Below, piece by piece: positions 9,796-20,619 of a stretch of 64,000 bases of DNA. Both the position numbers and the translations under genes were made by a program. A model generated the notes under the pieces. The model ran no database searches. It was not told the DNA's origin and saw only the letters and a list, made by a program, of their open reading frames with translations. Within the stretch, counting starts at the first letter, position 1, and every line of letters begins with the position of its first letter. Origin of the DNA: Candidatus Poribacteria bacterium (GTDB lineage Bacteria > Poribacteria > WGA-4E > WGA-3G); NCBI GenBank assembly GCA_021295715.1, contig JAGWBV010000003.1:203043-267042 (forward strand), in the 5' to 3' direction.

Positions 9796-11487
9796 TCATT
9801 CCGAAACAATTTCTTTCCCTTCAACTGCAATAAGCCGTTGATTCACCGAAAGGTTGGTTGCAGTATCAACAATTCCACTGTTCCAACGGATTTCCAACAA
9901 GTCAATATTTTCAGCATCCTTCAGTCCGAAATGAACCCGAAGGTCGCTGAATGCGAGATAACTTCCACTACTCTTCACTTCTGCATACTGCGTGAGTCCA
10001 CCAGCAACAACTTTGATATGCGCGCCGATAGCGGAACGGTTGCTTTTTGTGCCGACGGCTTGCACCTGTATCCAATTGTTTTGGTTCCCCCCCTCATTTC
10101 TCAGGAGATCAACGGTCTGATTCCAGTTCGTGATAAGGATATCGATGTCGCCATCGTTATCATAGTCGCCAAAAGCGGCAGCTCGACTTGTCTTACGCAG
10201 TGCGAACCCCTCTCCCATCTGTGCTGTGACATTCGCGAATTTCCCATTACCTAAATTCCGAAAGAGTAGATTTTGCTGCGGTGTCGTCGTGGATCGATCG
10301 ACCTCGGCGATGTTGTCCATGGTATGCCCATTTGCGACGAATATATCCTTGTAACCGTCGTTATCGACATCGAGAAAACCGATGCCCCAACCGAGGTAAC
10401 GATGTGTGTGTTCGGCAACCCCAGCAGGAATTGTGGCATCAATGAAAAAGTTGTCCCCTTCATTGTGGTAGAGAGTATTCGTCTCGTTCTGGAAGTTACT
10501 GACTGTGAGATCTAATTTGCCATCGTTGTCATAATCTGCGAAGGCGACCCCCATCCCCGCTTCTGCTTTTCCCATATCGCTGCAGCTGACACCAGAAAGC
10601 AATCCCGCCTCTTCAAAGGTGCCGTCGCCTTGATTTTCAAATAGGAAATTGAAATCCTGATCGTTGGCGACATAGATGTCAATGTCACCATCGTTGTCAC
10701 TATCTCCAATGGCAACGCCGAGACCGTGCGCAGCAGGGACGCTTAACAAACCGCTCTGTTCGGTCAGATTGATGAAAGTGCCGTCCCCTTTGTTACGATA
10801 CAATACATCTGGTTGCGGGGGATAAGAACTCGGACCACAGTAAACAGCAATGTCGTGTCGATAACACGGTTTGTCAGTATTAGGGGTATATTTCGCATAA
10901 TTGCTCACGTAGAGTTCCAGAAACCCATCATTGTCAAAGTCAGCAAAGGCACAACTCGTTCCCCATCCGGTATCTGCGACCTGTGCGGCGGCTGCGACAT
11001 CGGTGAAAGTGCCATTCCCATTGTTACGGTAAAGTGCATTGTCACCGAAGTTGGTTACATAGAGGTCTATGTTGCCATCGTTATCGTAATCGCCGGCGGT
11101 TGCGCCGACACCATAGCGGGTATCGCCGACACCTGCGATGCTGGTGACATCTGTGAAAGTGCCATCACCGTTGTTGTGGTAGAGAACGTTCGTAGGGAGT
11201 GGCGCAGCGACCTGCTCTCCCTGCGGACTCGCATTGATAAGGTAGATGTCCAAATATCCGTCGTTATCGTAATCGAAGAAGCCACCGCCTGATCCGTATT
11301 GCTCATTAAAGAGACGTTCGCCGCTTTCACCGTCGGTGTGCTTGAAGTGAATCCTTGATTCTTCAGCCACCTCAACAAAAGTGACAGCGTATACTACAGA
11401 CGACACGAAAAAGGCACACATTAGGAAAGAAAAACGAATTTTTAATTTTACCTTGCGGATAAACACTGTGGGTTTCATCTGTGGCAT
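9796..11487 (-). CDS. FG-GAP repeat / ASPIC-UnbV (CRTAC1-like) protein
   Basis: Multiple DYDNDGxxDL repeats; C-terminal SAIGA..V...SSGSYL...HFGL ASPIC domain. True start is probably downstream of 11487 because a repeat element occupies 11440-11549. Confidence 0.85.
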   Translation of the reverse strand: MPQMKPTVFIRKVKLKIRFSFLMCAFFVSSVVYAVTFVEVAEESRIHFKHTDGESGERLFNEQYGSGGGFFDYDNDGYLDIYLINASPQGEQVAAPLPTNVLYHNNGDGTFTDVTSIAGVGDTRYGVGATAGDYDNDGNIDLYVTNFGDNALYRNNGNGTFTDVAAAAQVADTGWGTSCAFADFDNDGFLELYVSNYAKYTPNTDKPCYRHDIAVYCGPSSYPPQPDVLYRNKGDGTFINLTEQSGLLSVPAAHGLGVAIGDSDNDGDIDIYVANDQDFNFLFENQGDGTFEEAGLLSGVSCSDMGKAEAGMGVAFADYDNDGKLDLTVSNFQNETNTLYHNEGDNFFIDATIPAGVAEHTHRYLGWGIGFLDVDNDGYKDIFVANGHTMDNIAEVDRSTTTPQQNLLFRNLGNGKFANVTAQMGEGFALRKTSRAAAFGDYDNDGDIDILITNWNQTVDLLRNEGGNQNNWIQVQAVGTKSNRSAIGAHIKVVAGGLTQYAEVKSSGSYLAFSDLRVHFGLKDAENIDLLEIRWNSGIVDTATNLSVNQRLIAVEGKEIVSE

Positions 11488-11549
11488 GCCTTTCTCAAAT
11501 CCGCCTGCGTGTTTTTGCTTGGGTATTTCTGCGTATTGTTGCAGGCTAC
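11440..11549 (-). repeat. REP-N38-tail element
   Basis: Tail TTTAATTTTACCTTGCGG, core 11459-11496 (38 nt), GCCTGC..GCAGGCTAC hairpin. Confidence 0.85.
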
Positions 11550-11589
11550 TGCTTTGAGTCTAACGAACACGTCTTAACGGAGACAGAAA

Positions 11590-13200
11590 TTAAAAACGCT
11601 TTTTTGTAGCCTCCATCGCCAGACGAATCTCGTTCAAGCGGTCTTTGTAGGCGGTATTCTTCGGTTCTAAGTCAATTGCGCGTAAGATAGACTGTTCCGC
11701 CTGCGTATATGCTCCGTAGCGGTAGTATGCGTAAGCGAGGGTATCCAAGCGAGCGGCATTAGCGTCTAACGCGACAGCACGTTCCGCCAATTCAACTGCG
11801 CGCTTCAGGTGCTCACCTTGCGATGCATAAAGCCACGCGAGATTGTTATGCGCATCTGCCGAGTTTTCATCCACAGCAATCGCTTGCGTAAAAGCGTGAA
11901 TAGCATCTGAGACCTGCTGCTGTTTGAGATGAAGAACGCCCTGTCGTACCCACGCTTTTGCGTCATTGGGATGGATGGATGTCAATTGTTGGTAAACGGC
12001 AATCGCGTCGGCAAACATGTGTTGCTGGGCATAGACCTCTGCGAGTCCATAGTAGGCTGGGGTTAAATTCTTATCCCGTTGAATCGCTGTTTGAAGACAA
12101 CTCTGTGCTTCAGTGAACTTGCGTTGGCGAGCGTGCAACCAACCGAGATGGAGATGTGCTTCAGCGTCTGTATCATCAAGCGCAATAAGGTGTTGAAAAG
12201 CTGAAACTGCTTCTGCGAACTGCCCCGTCTGCATGTAAAGTCCGCCCAAATTGTGATAAAGCAGGAGTGTATTGGGATGCAACGCAGTAGCGATTTTATA
12301 GGCGTGAATTGCTTCCTTAGAGTTGCCGATTTCAATGTGTGCTTCTGCCAGTTTCACATGTGGCTCTAAGGCAGTCGGTTGCTCCAGCAAGCGTCTGCGA
12401 TATCGGTTCGTCTGATCGTTATAGGTTTTCACCCGTTGGAAAGAGGTCATCAATTTTTTCGCTTCCGCCAGATTCTGTTTGGCAACATCACCATCCGAAC
12501 GCTGTCCCAAACGTCGATAAACGAGCGCGAGATTGTAATGGGTCTCGGCGTGATACGGCGCGATCGTGAGAGCCGTCTGGTAATTCTGGGCGGCGTCCTC
12601 TAATCTATCCTGTAGGAACGCAATTTTGCCCAACCCCTGATAGACGGGTGCGAGGCTTTCATCCAGTGCGAGTGCCTGCTGATACGCACGTTTCGCCAAC
12701 GCCAACTTACCTCTTTGGACGTAAGTATCGGCAAGTCGGAAAAAGGGTTCAGCGTTCTTTGGTAGCATGGCGACAGCGTGTTGCCCGTGGTTTTCAGCGT
12801 CTACGAACCTTCCTTGTGAATGGTAAAGCCGCGCCAGACAGACATGGGCAACACCGTGAGTCCGTGGCGATGCAGGCAATTCCAAAGCATGGAGATACGC
12901 CTCTAACGCATCGTCGGTTTTTTCCTTGAGTCTATAAACCGCACCGAGTTCGCAGTACGCCTCTGCATTTTGTGGGTTCAATTGCAAGACTCGCTGAAAA
13001 TCGGCGAGTGCTTCGTCATAAAGTCCCAATTGGATTGCGCGCATCCCGCTGGCATAATATTTGGACTGTTCGTCGTCAAACACATTATCGGTTTGCTGAG
13101 CAAAAACCAGAGATGCAACAAAGCAGAAAGCGAGGAAGTTCGTCACAAACCAACTTTTTTTCCCATGACCGCTTTTGAAGTGATTCCACATCTGCTTCAC
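11590..13200 (-). CDS. Exported multi-TPR protein
   Basis: Many TPR repeats after a hydrophobic signal; GTG start at 13200 overlaps the nagA stop (GTGA) and follows a GGAGG RBS. Confidence 0.85.
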   Translation of the reverse strand: MKQMWNHFKSGHGKKSWFVTNFLAFCFVASLVFAQQTDNVFDDEQSKYYASGMRAIQLGLYDEALADFQRVLQLNPQNAEAYCELGAVYRLKEKTDDALEAYLHALELPASPRTHGVAHVCLARLYHSQGRFVDAENHGQHAVAMLPKNAEPFFRLADTYVQRGKLALAKRAYQQALALDESLAPVYQGLGKIAFLQDRLEDAAQNYQTALTIAPYHAETHYNLALVYRRLGQRSDGDVAKQNLAEAKKLMTSFQRVKTYNDQTNRYRRRLLEQPTALEPHVKLAEAHIEIGNSKEAIHAYKIATALHPNTLLLYHNLGGLYMQTGQFAEAVSAFQHLIALDDTDAEAHLHLGWLHARQRKFTEAQSCLQTAIQRDKNLTPAYYGLAEVYAQQHMFADAIAVYQQLTSIHPNDAKAWVRQGVLHLKQQQVSDAIHAFTQAIAVDENSADAHNNLAWLYASQGEHLKRAVELAERAVALDANAARLDTLAYAYYRYGAYTQAEQSILRAIDLEPKNTAYKDRLNEIRLAMEATKKRF

Positions 13201-14342
13201 CGTTGTGCCTCCGAATGATATACCAAGGCATCTCCAATAATTGTCGCCAGCAGATTGATTTCGCAGTGTGCTGGATCCCATTCAAAGAGAATTAGGTTCG
13301 TCTGCGCTTCTACGCGTTTTTTTGCGTTAAGGAGACGCATCGGTTGTAGCGTGGCGAGTGAGACTGATTCCTCAAGGGAAATACCTGCAAACCGGACACT
13401 GTTCTCAATACCGCGTGCTAATTCGATAGCAGAACCGGCGAGATACTCTGTCCCGACCAATCGGACACATCGTTCTGCGGTCAATTCCACCGATTTTCCT
13501 GCAAACTGATAGATACCGGGCTTCATTCCGGCTAAAGCGACAGCATCGCTGACAAGAAGGCACCGATCAAGCGTTTTGGCGCGTATCATCGACTTAGCAA
13601 CGGTAGGCGGGAGGTGATGCCCATCAACAATAAGGCTTGCCCAGAGCTCATCAGCACCGAGTTGCTCCCAAATATAATTCGGATGGCGACGAATTAAGGC
13701 GTGCGCACCATTGCCGAGATGCGTGGACAGTCTCGCGCCAGCGTCAATTGCCGCTCGAATATCGTCCGCCGAAGCATCTGTATGTCCCAATGCAACGACA
13801 ATCCCATTCGCGACCAGCTTTTCAATAAACGGACTGGCACCCTTTTTTTCAGGGGCGAGCGTTACAATGGTGATTTGCCCTTCGGCACTGTCCTGCCACC
13901 GCTGAAACTCGTCCCAATCCGGTTCTCTCACATGCTCTAACGGATGTGCGCCTCGCGGTCCATCCTCGGCGGAGATATAGGGTCCTTCAAGATGGATTCC
14001 AAGCACTGAGTGTGCAACAAGCGGATCGGCTTTACACGCTTTTAGAATAGCACGAAGGGAATTACGGATTCCCTCAAAAGAACCCGTCACAACTGTGGGA
14101 CACAAGAAGCCGGTGCCGACCCGCCACAGGGCGCGGACCATTTCGGATACATCTTCCGACGTAACGGTAGCAACATTGAGGTCGAATCCAGCAAAACCAT
14201 TCACCTGAATATCTATCAATGCCGGTGCGATCCATGTGTTGCTGTTGACAGAGCCTACTTTGTGAATTGTTTGAACGTGCCCATCAGTCAGAACAATCTC
14301 GGTAGGGGTGTTATTGAAAAGTGTACATCCACGAAATTTCAT
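13197..14342 (-). CDS. nagA: N-acetylglucosamine-6-phosphate deacetylase-like amidohydrolase
   Basis: IDIQVNG, GIHLEGPY, TLAPE, LGHT, THLGN, DGHH, LAGS motifs. Confidence 0.85.
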   Translation of the reverse strand: MKFRGCTLFNNTPTEIVLTDGHVQTIHKVGSVNSNTWIAPALIDIQVNGFAGFDLNVATVTSEDVSEMVRALWRVGTGFLCPTVVTGSFEGIRNSLRAILKACKADPLVAHSVLGIHLEGPYISAEDGPRGAHPLEHVREPDWDEFQRWQDSAEGQITIVTLAPEKKGASPFIEKLVANGIVVALGHTDASADDIRAAIDAGARLSTHLGNGAHALIRRHPNYIWEQLGADELWASLIVDGHHLPPTVAKSMIRAKTLDRCLLVSDAVALAGMKPGIYQFAGKSVELTAERCVRLVGTEYLAGSAIELARGIENSVRFAGISLEESVSLATLQPMRLLNAKKRVEAQTNLILFEWDPAHCEINLLATIIGDALVYHSEAQR

Positions 14343-14686
14343 GTTTTTTATAGCAGTCAGCCATCAGCAGTCAGCGCGGAATAGAAGATTGAAAGTCCCT
14401 TAGATGGAAGAATGGAAAGATAGGTGTCCGACTGTGCAACCTTCCAACCAAGCCTTGCTACCCAAACACTAAAGGTTCCCAATGGTTTCTATAATACCTG
14501 AAAACGGATTTGTTACCAAGAAAAAAGGGTTGCATTTTTTGGCGAAATTCGGTTAAAGTATATTCAAGAACATCTGAACCAGTTTACGGAACTATCGTCT
14601 GATTTCTTCGGAGCAAGTTTTCGGAACATATAGGTCACGCCGAAATTTCTGCTGAAGGGAGTAACGATTTGGACGTGGAGGACAAA

Positions 14687-15425
14687 ATGGAATATTTAGC
14701 ATACGGAAAAGGCAGGGCATCTCAATAACACCTGTGAAAACTATGAAGCTGGCGGCAAACTGATGTTGAAGGCTCTTGACGAAGGTATCACGTTCTGGGA
14801 TACCGCCGAAGGTTATGGAAGTCAACCGCATCTCGGAGAGGCAGTACGTCAAATTCCGCGAGAGGAAGTTGTCATACAAACGAAAACCGGTGCGAAAGAT
14901 TATGAAGGTGCCAAGGCAACACGTTCTCTTCAGGAAATGCAAACGGATTACTTAGATGTTCTATTACTGCACGGTATCGCCTCGCCTGAAGATTTAGTAT
15001 CGCGAGAAGGCGCACTCGACGCGTTCCGAGAAGCAAAAGCGGCTGGCAAAATCCGAGTTATTGGCTGTTCTACACATATCTATACAGGTTCGGTGATGGA
15101 CGCAGTGATTGACCACCCAGAACTTGAGGTAATTCTGACGACAGCCAATAAAGAGGGTAAGATGTTAGAGGGCGGTCCTTTTAATCGGCATCTGGAATAC
15201 ATCGAACGTGCCTATTCGCTCGGTAAAGGCATCAGTATCATGAAGGTTATCGTCGCAGGTGATATTCCAGAGGCAGATATGCCGGAATGGATTGCGTGGG
15301 GTTTTAACCTCGAAACGGCACATGCGATCAACCTCGGTATCAGCGATTACCCGCACATCACACTGGATGTCGGTCTTGCCCGTGCGAGTGCGAGACGACG
15401 TTTGATACAACGTAAAGCGGCTTAA
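14687..15425 (+). pseudogene. Aldo/keto reductase, frameshifted near the 5' end
   Basis: GGAGG + MEYLAYGK start at 14687 is out of frame with AGHLNN...GITFWDTAEGYG...TDYLDVLLLH; the expected TGLxVSxLxxG segment is missing. Confidence 0.7.
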
Positions 15426-15515
15426 AGGCGGTTGGCAATTGGCTGTTAGCGAATGGTGACTGGCAATTAGCAATCAGAAAGAGGTCCGTAAAGAGGTTTT
15501 CTTACAACCAAACTG

Positions 15516-15627
15516 ATAGCCTGCAACAATACGCAGAAATACCCAAGCAAAAACACGCAGGCGGATATAAGGGAAGCACGTAATAGTCCAAACGCACGTT
15601 GTTCCTCCGCAAGGTAAAAATAAAAAA
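15516..15627 (+). repeat. REP-N38-tail element directly before the TrmH start
   Basis: TAGCCTGC..GCAGGCGGATAT, core 15569-15606 (38 nt), CCGCAAGGTAAAAATAAAAAA-TTG. Confidence 0.85.
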
Positions 15628-16140
15628 TTGAAACAACTACGCGGCAAACCGCTCAAAGACTTTCTGAAGCAGGTGAAACCGCCGGAAAGAGAACTGGTTT
15701 TTATCCTACAAGACGTGCAAGACCCGGTGAATGTCGGTTCTGCATTTCGGATAGCGGACGCATGTCGTGTGAAAGAACTAATCTTGACAGGTATCAGCGC
15801 ACAACCGCCCCACCCATTGGTGCGCAAAGTGGCACGCGGGAAACACAGAAGGGTCAAATGGCGATACACTGAGCAGGCAGCGGACGCGATTGCATTACTT
15901 AAAGCCGATGGTTACATGAGCTGCGCTTTAGAAGTTACTGCGCACTCCATGCGTTACGATGAGGCAGACTATCCAGAAAAAATCTGTCTCATCGTAGGAC
16001 ACGAAGACCACGGGGTAACGAAACGAACGCTTGCTGCCTGTGACATGGTCATCTATCTTCCAATGTATGGCGCGGGAGCCTCACTGAACGTTCACGTCTC
16101 GCTCGGTATCGCCGCCTATCACATTTTACATCAATTTTAA
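15628..16140 (+). CDS. TrmH/SpoU family RNA methyltransferase
   Basis: DPVNVGSAFR, IVGHEDHGV, LPMYG..SLNV SPOUT motifs. Confidence 0.9.
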   Translation: MKQLRGKPLKDFLKQVKPPERELVFILQDVQDPVNVGSAFRIADACRVKELILTGISAQPPHPLVRKVARGKHRRVKWRYTEQAADAIALLKADGYMSCALEVTAHSMRYDEADYPEKICLIVGHEDHGVTKRTLAACDMVIYLPMYGAGASLNVHVSLGIAAYHILHQF

Positions 16141-16245
16141 TAGTTGTCAGTTATCAGCACGCTGCGCTTTCAGTTATCAGTTAAGAGATCTTGGTTTAAC
16201 AATACCGTCTTTTAACTTATAACCGACAGCCGACAACTCATAACT
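16141..16245. repeat. Heptamer-arm hairpin repeat element
   Basis: (TCAGTTA)n arm, AAGAG..TCTT core, complementary (CCGACAG/CTGATAA-like)n arm. Confidence 0.6.
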
Positions 16246-16320
16246 ACAAAGAGATACGTATCCAATCAGAGAACGACGATTGACTTAATGGATCAACCGT
16301 AGCGAGGACCATAGTAAAAA

Positions 16321-17394
16321 ATGTCGAAAACGATGCGAGCGATTATGTGTCGCGAACCGTGGGATTACCGCCTCGAAGAGGTCCCGATGCCAGAGGCAGG
16401 TCCCGGCGAAGTCGTCATTAAGGTGAATGCATGCGGGGTCTGCGCAAGCGACATTAAGTGTTATACAGGCGCGCCACTCTTCTGGGGAGATGAGAATCGC
16501 AAACCGTATGTAGAAGCACCCGTTATTGCTGGACACGAATTCATCGGTGAAGTCGTGGAACTCGGTCAGGGGGCTGGCGAGAAGTATAAACTTGAAATCG
16601 GTGATACGGCTATTGCAGAGCAGATAGTTCCGTGTTGGGAGTGTCGGTATTGCCGAACTGGGAAGTACTGGCTTTGCCAAGTCCATAACATCTATGGGTT
16701 TCAACCGGTCGTGAACGGTGGTATGGCGGACTATATGAAGTTCCCGGCGCGCTCGCTTGTCTACAAGGTGCCTTCTGAGATTCCGACAGCAAATGCCGCA
16801 GTGATTGAACCACTCGCTTGTTCTATTCATGCCATCCAACGCGGAAACATTGAGTTTGGTGATGTTGTCGTGATTGCGGGGGCAGGCACGCTTGGACTCG
16901 GTATGATCGGCGCGGCACGGTTGAAAAATCCGGGTGTGCTTATCGCCATCGACCTGATGCCGAACCGGTTAGAGGTTGCCAAAAAATTGGGAGCGGATAT
17001 TGGAATTAATCCATCGGAAACGGATGCTGTTCAAGAGGTGTTGGATCTCACGGAAGGCTACGGCTGTGATGTCTATATTGAGGCAACGGGACACCCGAAG
17101 GCGGTTGAGCAGGGACTGCACATGATTCGGAAGGCAGGCACCTTCGTCGAATTCAGCGTTATGCGGGAACCGGTAACAGTGGACTGGACGATCATCGGCG
17201 ACACGAAAGAATTGAATATCCACGGTTCGCATTTAGGACCGTATGCGTATCCGCTGGCGATTGATTATATCCATCGCGGTTTAATTGAAGTCGAGCATAT
17301 TGTGACGCATCAACTGCCGTTGGCGGACTATCTCACAGGATTCGAGATGGTTCAAGAAGGGGCGGATTCGATTAAGGTACAGTTGGTGCCTTAA
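16321..17394 (+). CDS. Zinc-binding polyol dehydrogenase (erythritol/L-threitol dehydrogenase-like)
   Basis: GVCASD, GHE, CWECRYC..C, GAGTLG, DWTIIGDTKEL motifs. Confidence 0.85.
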   Translation: MSKTMRAIMCREPWDYRLEEVPMPEAGPGEVVIKVNACGVCASDIKCYTGAPLFWGDENRKPYVEAPVIAGHEFIGEVVELGQGAGEKYKLEIGDTAIAEQIVPCWECRYCRTGKYWLCQVHNIYGFQPVVNGGMADYMKFPARSLVYKVPSEIPTANAAVIEPLACSIHAIQRGNIEFGDVVVIAGAGTLGLGMIGAARLKNPGVLIAIDLMPNRLEVAKKLGADIGINPSETDAVQEVLDLTEGYGCDVYIEATGHPKAVEQGLHMIRKAGTFVEFSVMREPVTVDWTIIGDTKELNIHGSHLGPYAYPLAIDYIHRGLIEVEHIVTHQLPLADYLTGFEMVQEGADSIKVQLVP

Positions 17395-18005
17395 CTTTGT
17401 CCAACAGATGCCTGACTTGCCGCTTTGAAGACGGCATTAATTGCCCCGAAGAGAACTGGCAAATTATCTATACTAAAACCCGTTCTATTTTGGATGAAGG
17501 CATCGTTAACAAGTTTCCCAAATTGCCATCGTTCCCCATCGCTGACAATACCGTACACCGGGGTATCCGGATCATCGTTGATTTTTTGGGCAGCGACTAA
17601 TTCTGCCAAGCATTGTCCCCAGCCTTGCTCAAAATCATTCTTCTTTGCTTCAACAGCAATTATCAAGGGTGTTCCAACAACAGTCATCCCTAATTCGGAT
17701 TTTGTAGCGACGAGGTAATCTGGCGTACCGTTCAGGGTTTCATCATAGGTAATGGGTTCCCTTATCCAGAGCGCGTAAGTATCAGCATACGCTTTGTAAG
17801 CCTCCTTTAAAACAGGAAAAATAATCGCTTCACAGCGCGATGCCTCAGATGAGAAAACGTTGACGTTTTCCATAGTAAATTTGAATTCTTGCAAAAACTG
17901 CTCCGAAGGGCTCGCCGCTTTAACTTTGAAAAAGTCATTTGTTATGTATTTGATTCTAAATTTTTTTTGGACTTCAGAGACCCTTTTGAAATCACTAAAT
18001 GCCAT
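17391..18005 (-). CDS. Hypothetical protein, PD-(D/E)XK restriction-endonuclease-like fold
   Basis: GTPDY...VEAKK...GQCLAE...YGIVSDGERWQF resembles HsdR-N-like stand-alone proteins; GGAGG RBS. Confidence 0.65.
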   Translation of the reverse strand: MAFSDFKRVSEVQKKFRIKYITNDFFKVKAASPSEQFLQEFKFTMENVNVFSSEASRCEAIIFPVLKEAYKAYADTYALWIREPITYDETLNGTPDYLVATKSELGMTVVGTPLIIAVEAKKNDFEQGWGQCLAELVAAQKINDDPDTPVYGIVSDGERWQFGKLVNDAFIQNRTGFSIDNLPVLFGAINAVFKAASQASVGQS

Positions 18006-18329
18006 GATTTTTATGCCTCCGGTGGATAATAACCTGCAGGTAACAACTCGGATTAACATATATTATATCTCAATATAGAATATAAACGTAATCTTTTTCT
18101 CATACCGTATTCCACACTTGGAGTGGATGAAAAGTGTGGACAGATACGGAGTTCCGCGTATACGCGGAGAGGGGTAAACCGATTTCAGCATTTTAGATTT
18201 GATCCTTTTCAAAAACTCTGGTAGAATACACGGGAATATGAAGAGACAGTAAGAACAACCAAAACAAAAAACGATATACGAGAATATAAGGAGTTAGGCA
18301 ATCCCTCCGGTTTCTTGCCTAATTTTCCG

Positions 18330-19595
18330 ATGAAAATTACCGAGATTGAATCAATTCCATTGCGTGTGCCTTACGAAGAACGGATTCGCAAGAGATACTA
18401 TCACTTCGCGATGACCGAGTTGGTCACGGTCTATAAATTTTATACCGATACCGGTCTCATCGGTCTCGGAGAGAACCCAGGACCGCCGTTTGATCAGGAG
18501 GTGCTGGATGCCTATCTCGGCACGAATCCGTTCGATCACGTCATGGGTGACGGACGTTTTAATCTCGACATGGCGTGCTACGACCTGATGGGGAAACATC
18601 TTGGTCTGCCAGCATGGAAATTGATGGGTCAACAGGTTCGACAGTGGGTTGCGATGGGGTGGTGGATGCCGTGTATGTCTCCTGAGGACACCGCTGCTGA
18701 GGTTCAAGTCGCTGCTGAACGCGGATACCGCGGTTTGAAGTGTAAAGCTCGGGCTTTCTACGATGTTGTCGAGCAGTCGCATGCGATCCAAGAGGTCGCG
18801 TCCCCTGACTTTCGCGTGGAGTTCGACTTCAACGGCTCGTTAATTAATGTCGAAAAGGCACTACCTATCCTACGGGAACTGGAGAAAATTCCGGTCGTCA
18901 AGGGTCTCGAAGAACCGATTTTCGCTTATGATGTGGAGGGGTGGCGACGGTTACATCAAGAGATTCGGATTCCGTTCTATTTGCATGGTGTCGGTGTTAT
19001 CCGGGAGGGTGCCTCGCGTCAACCCTCTGGTCCATGGATTGGACTTCGGGTAGGCGATTTTGACGGTGCGCTGTGTAGCCACGAGAGTGTCAAAAGTGCG
19101 TTGGCATCGGGGTGGGCTTTCGCTGCTGCGAATACACCGATCCTACTCCAGTATGTCGGGACTGGTATTACGGCGGCATTTGCGTGTCATCTGGGAGCCG
19201 TGATACCGACAGCCACTATACCGGGTGTCACTGCGAGCCACGCTTATGAAAGCGATCTACTTGTTACACCGCACAAAGTCCAGCGCGGATTTATGCAGGT
19301 CCCTGACGGTCCCGGTCTCGGTGTCGCATTAGATGAAGATGCCGTGAAACGGTATTCCCAAACGCCTGAACCGACATGGGCGCGGCACATCTCCGTTGTC
19401 ACGTTACCGGGTGGCATAAAGCACTACTACCGAAACCTGCAACAAGCGGAACGTCTCATGAAGCAGGGGGTGGACGAATCTTATGCTCCGGGTGTCCGTC
19501 TGGATGAGTGGGAGGACGACGGTAGTGAAGCGTTTGACCAACTCTTCAAGCAGTTACAGGAGAGAGATTGGCCCGTGTGGGAGACATCGGTTTAG
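18330..19595 (+). CDS. Mandelate racemase/muconate lactonizing (enolase superfamily) protein
   Basis: MKITEIE, TDTGLIGLGE, DLMGK, KxK, DFN, EEP, GPGLGV motifs. Confidence 0.85.
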   Translation: MKITEIESIPLRVPYEERIRKRYYHFAMTELVTVYKFYTDTGLIGLGENPGPPFDQEVLDAYLGTNPFDHVMGDGRFNLDMACYDLMGKHLGLPAWKLMGQQVRQWVAMGWWMPCMSPEDTAAEVQVAAERGYRGLKCKARAFYDVVEQSHAIQEVASPDFRVEFDFNGSLINVEKALPILRELEKIPVVKGLEEPIFAYDVEGWRRLHQEIRIPFYLHGVGVIREGASRQPSGPWIGLRVGDFDGALCSHESVKSALASGWAFAAANTPILLQYVGTGITAAFACHLGAVIPTATIPGVTASHAYESDLLVTPHKVQRGFMQVPDGPGLGVALDEDAVKRYSQTPEPTWARHISVVTLPGGIKHYYRNLQQAERLMKQGVDESYAPGVRLDEWEDDGSEAFDQLFKQLQERDWPVWETSV

Positions 19596-19745
19596 TGTTG
19601 GGTTTCGCTATAATCCCAATGATGTTAAGATGCCTGAATTCCGAAGGTGAGACTTTAGTCTTGGGAGTTCTCCGTGATCTCCGCTCTACCCAACCTACGC
19701 ACTACGCACGAATCAGCTAACCTGTATGACAAGGAGTAGCATATT

Positions 19746-20555
19746 ATGATGACACCTGAACAACGTTATCTTTTCGATGTTACCGGTTACCTTCACCTGA
19801 AGAATGTCATGAGTGACGAAGAACTGAAAACGGCGCAAGAAGCCGCAAACGAATACATCAACACGCCTACTGAAGAACTCCCACCCGGATTTAATTCCAG
19901 CGAAAAGAACCTCCCAAACGGCTTTGCCTTTGCGAAACCCTTAGAGGCACTCACGATGCACCGATCAACGTGGCCGATCATCAAGGAACTGACGAATAAC
20001 AAACCGCAGTTGATGCGTGGCACAATGATTGCGGATCGGGCGGGTGTGTCAGAGTCGGCGGAAGGGCTCCGCTTGCATTGCGCACGAGAGGATTTTGGAT
20101 GGCACTGTAACCGTTATGAGGTCCGACACGGTCAAATCTTCTGTGACGATTTTGTTGTCTTTCCGTATCTGTTCGATGTGCATCCGGGAGATGGTGGATT
20201 GCTGGTCGTTCCCGGCACACACAAGACTCTTTTTGATCGTCCCGAACACCTCTACAACAACGGAAAGATTAAGGATACTGATGATGTTCCAGAAGGGGTC
20301 GTTAACATCACACCAAAGGCAGGGGATTTCGTAATCATCTCTGAACTCTTGACGCACGGTGCACTGCCTTGGAAACCGAAAGACCGCTATCGTTGCGTCC
20401 TGACCTTACGCTACAGACCGCAACATCGTGGCGAGAGTCGAGTGCCGCCAGAGGTTAGAACACGATTATCACCAGAAACGCTGGAACTCATCTCCCAGGC
20501 AGACCACTATCACACGAAAGAGATCGTTAAAAAGGATGTTATTACATTGACGTAA
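19746..20555 (+). CDS. PhyH family dioxygenase
   Basis: YLFDVTGYL, VVPGTHK, AGDFVI..ELLTHG motifs. Confidence 0.85.
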   Translation: MMTPEQRYLFDVTGYLHLKNVMSDEELKTAQEAANEYINTPTEELPPGFNSSEKNLPNGFAFAKPLEALTMHRSTWPIIKELTNNKPQLMRGTMIADRAGVSESAEGLRLHCAREDFGWHCNRYEVRHGQIFCDDFVVFPYLFDVHPGDGGLLVVPGTHKTLFDRPEHLYNNGKIKDTDDVPEGVVNITPKAGDFVIISELLTHGALPWKPKDRYRCVLTLRYRPQHRGESRVPPEVRTRLSPETLELISQADHYHTKEIVKKDVITLT

Positions 20556-20619
20556 TCGGGGTTACAACCCCCACTTTGGGGTTACAAACCCTCCCCCCAA
20601 ATGCGTTCTTAGATTTGCG

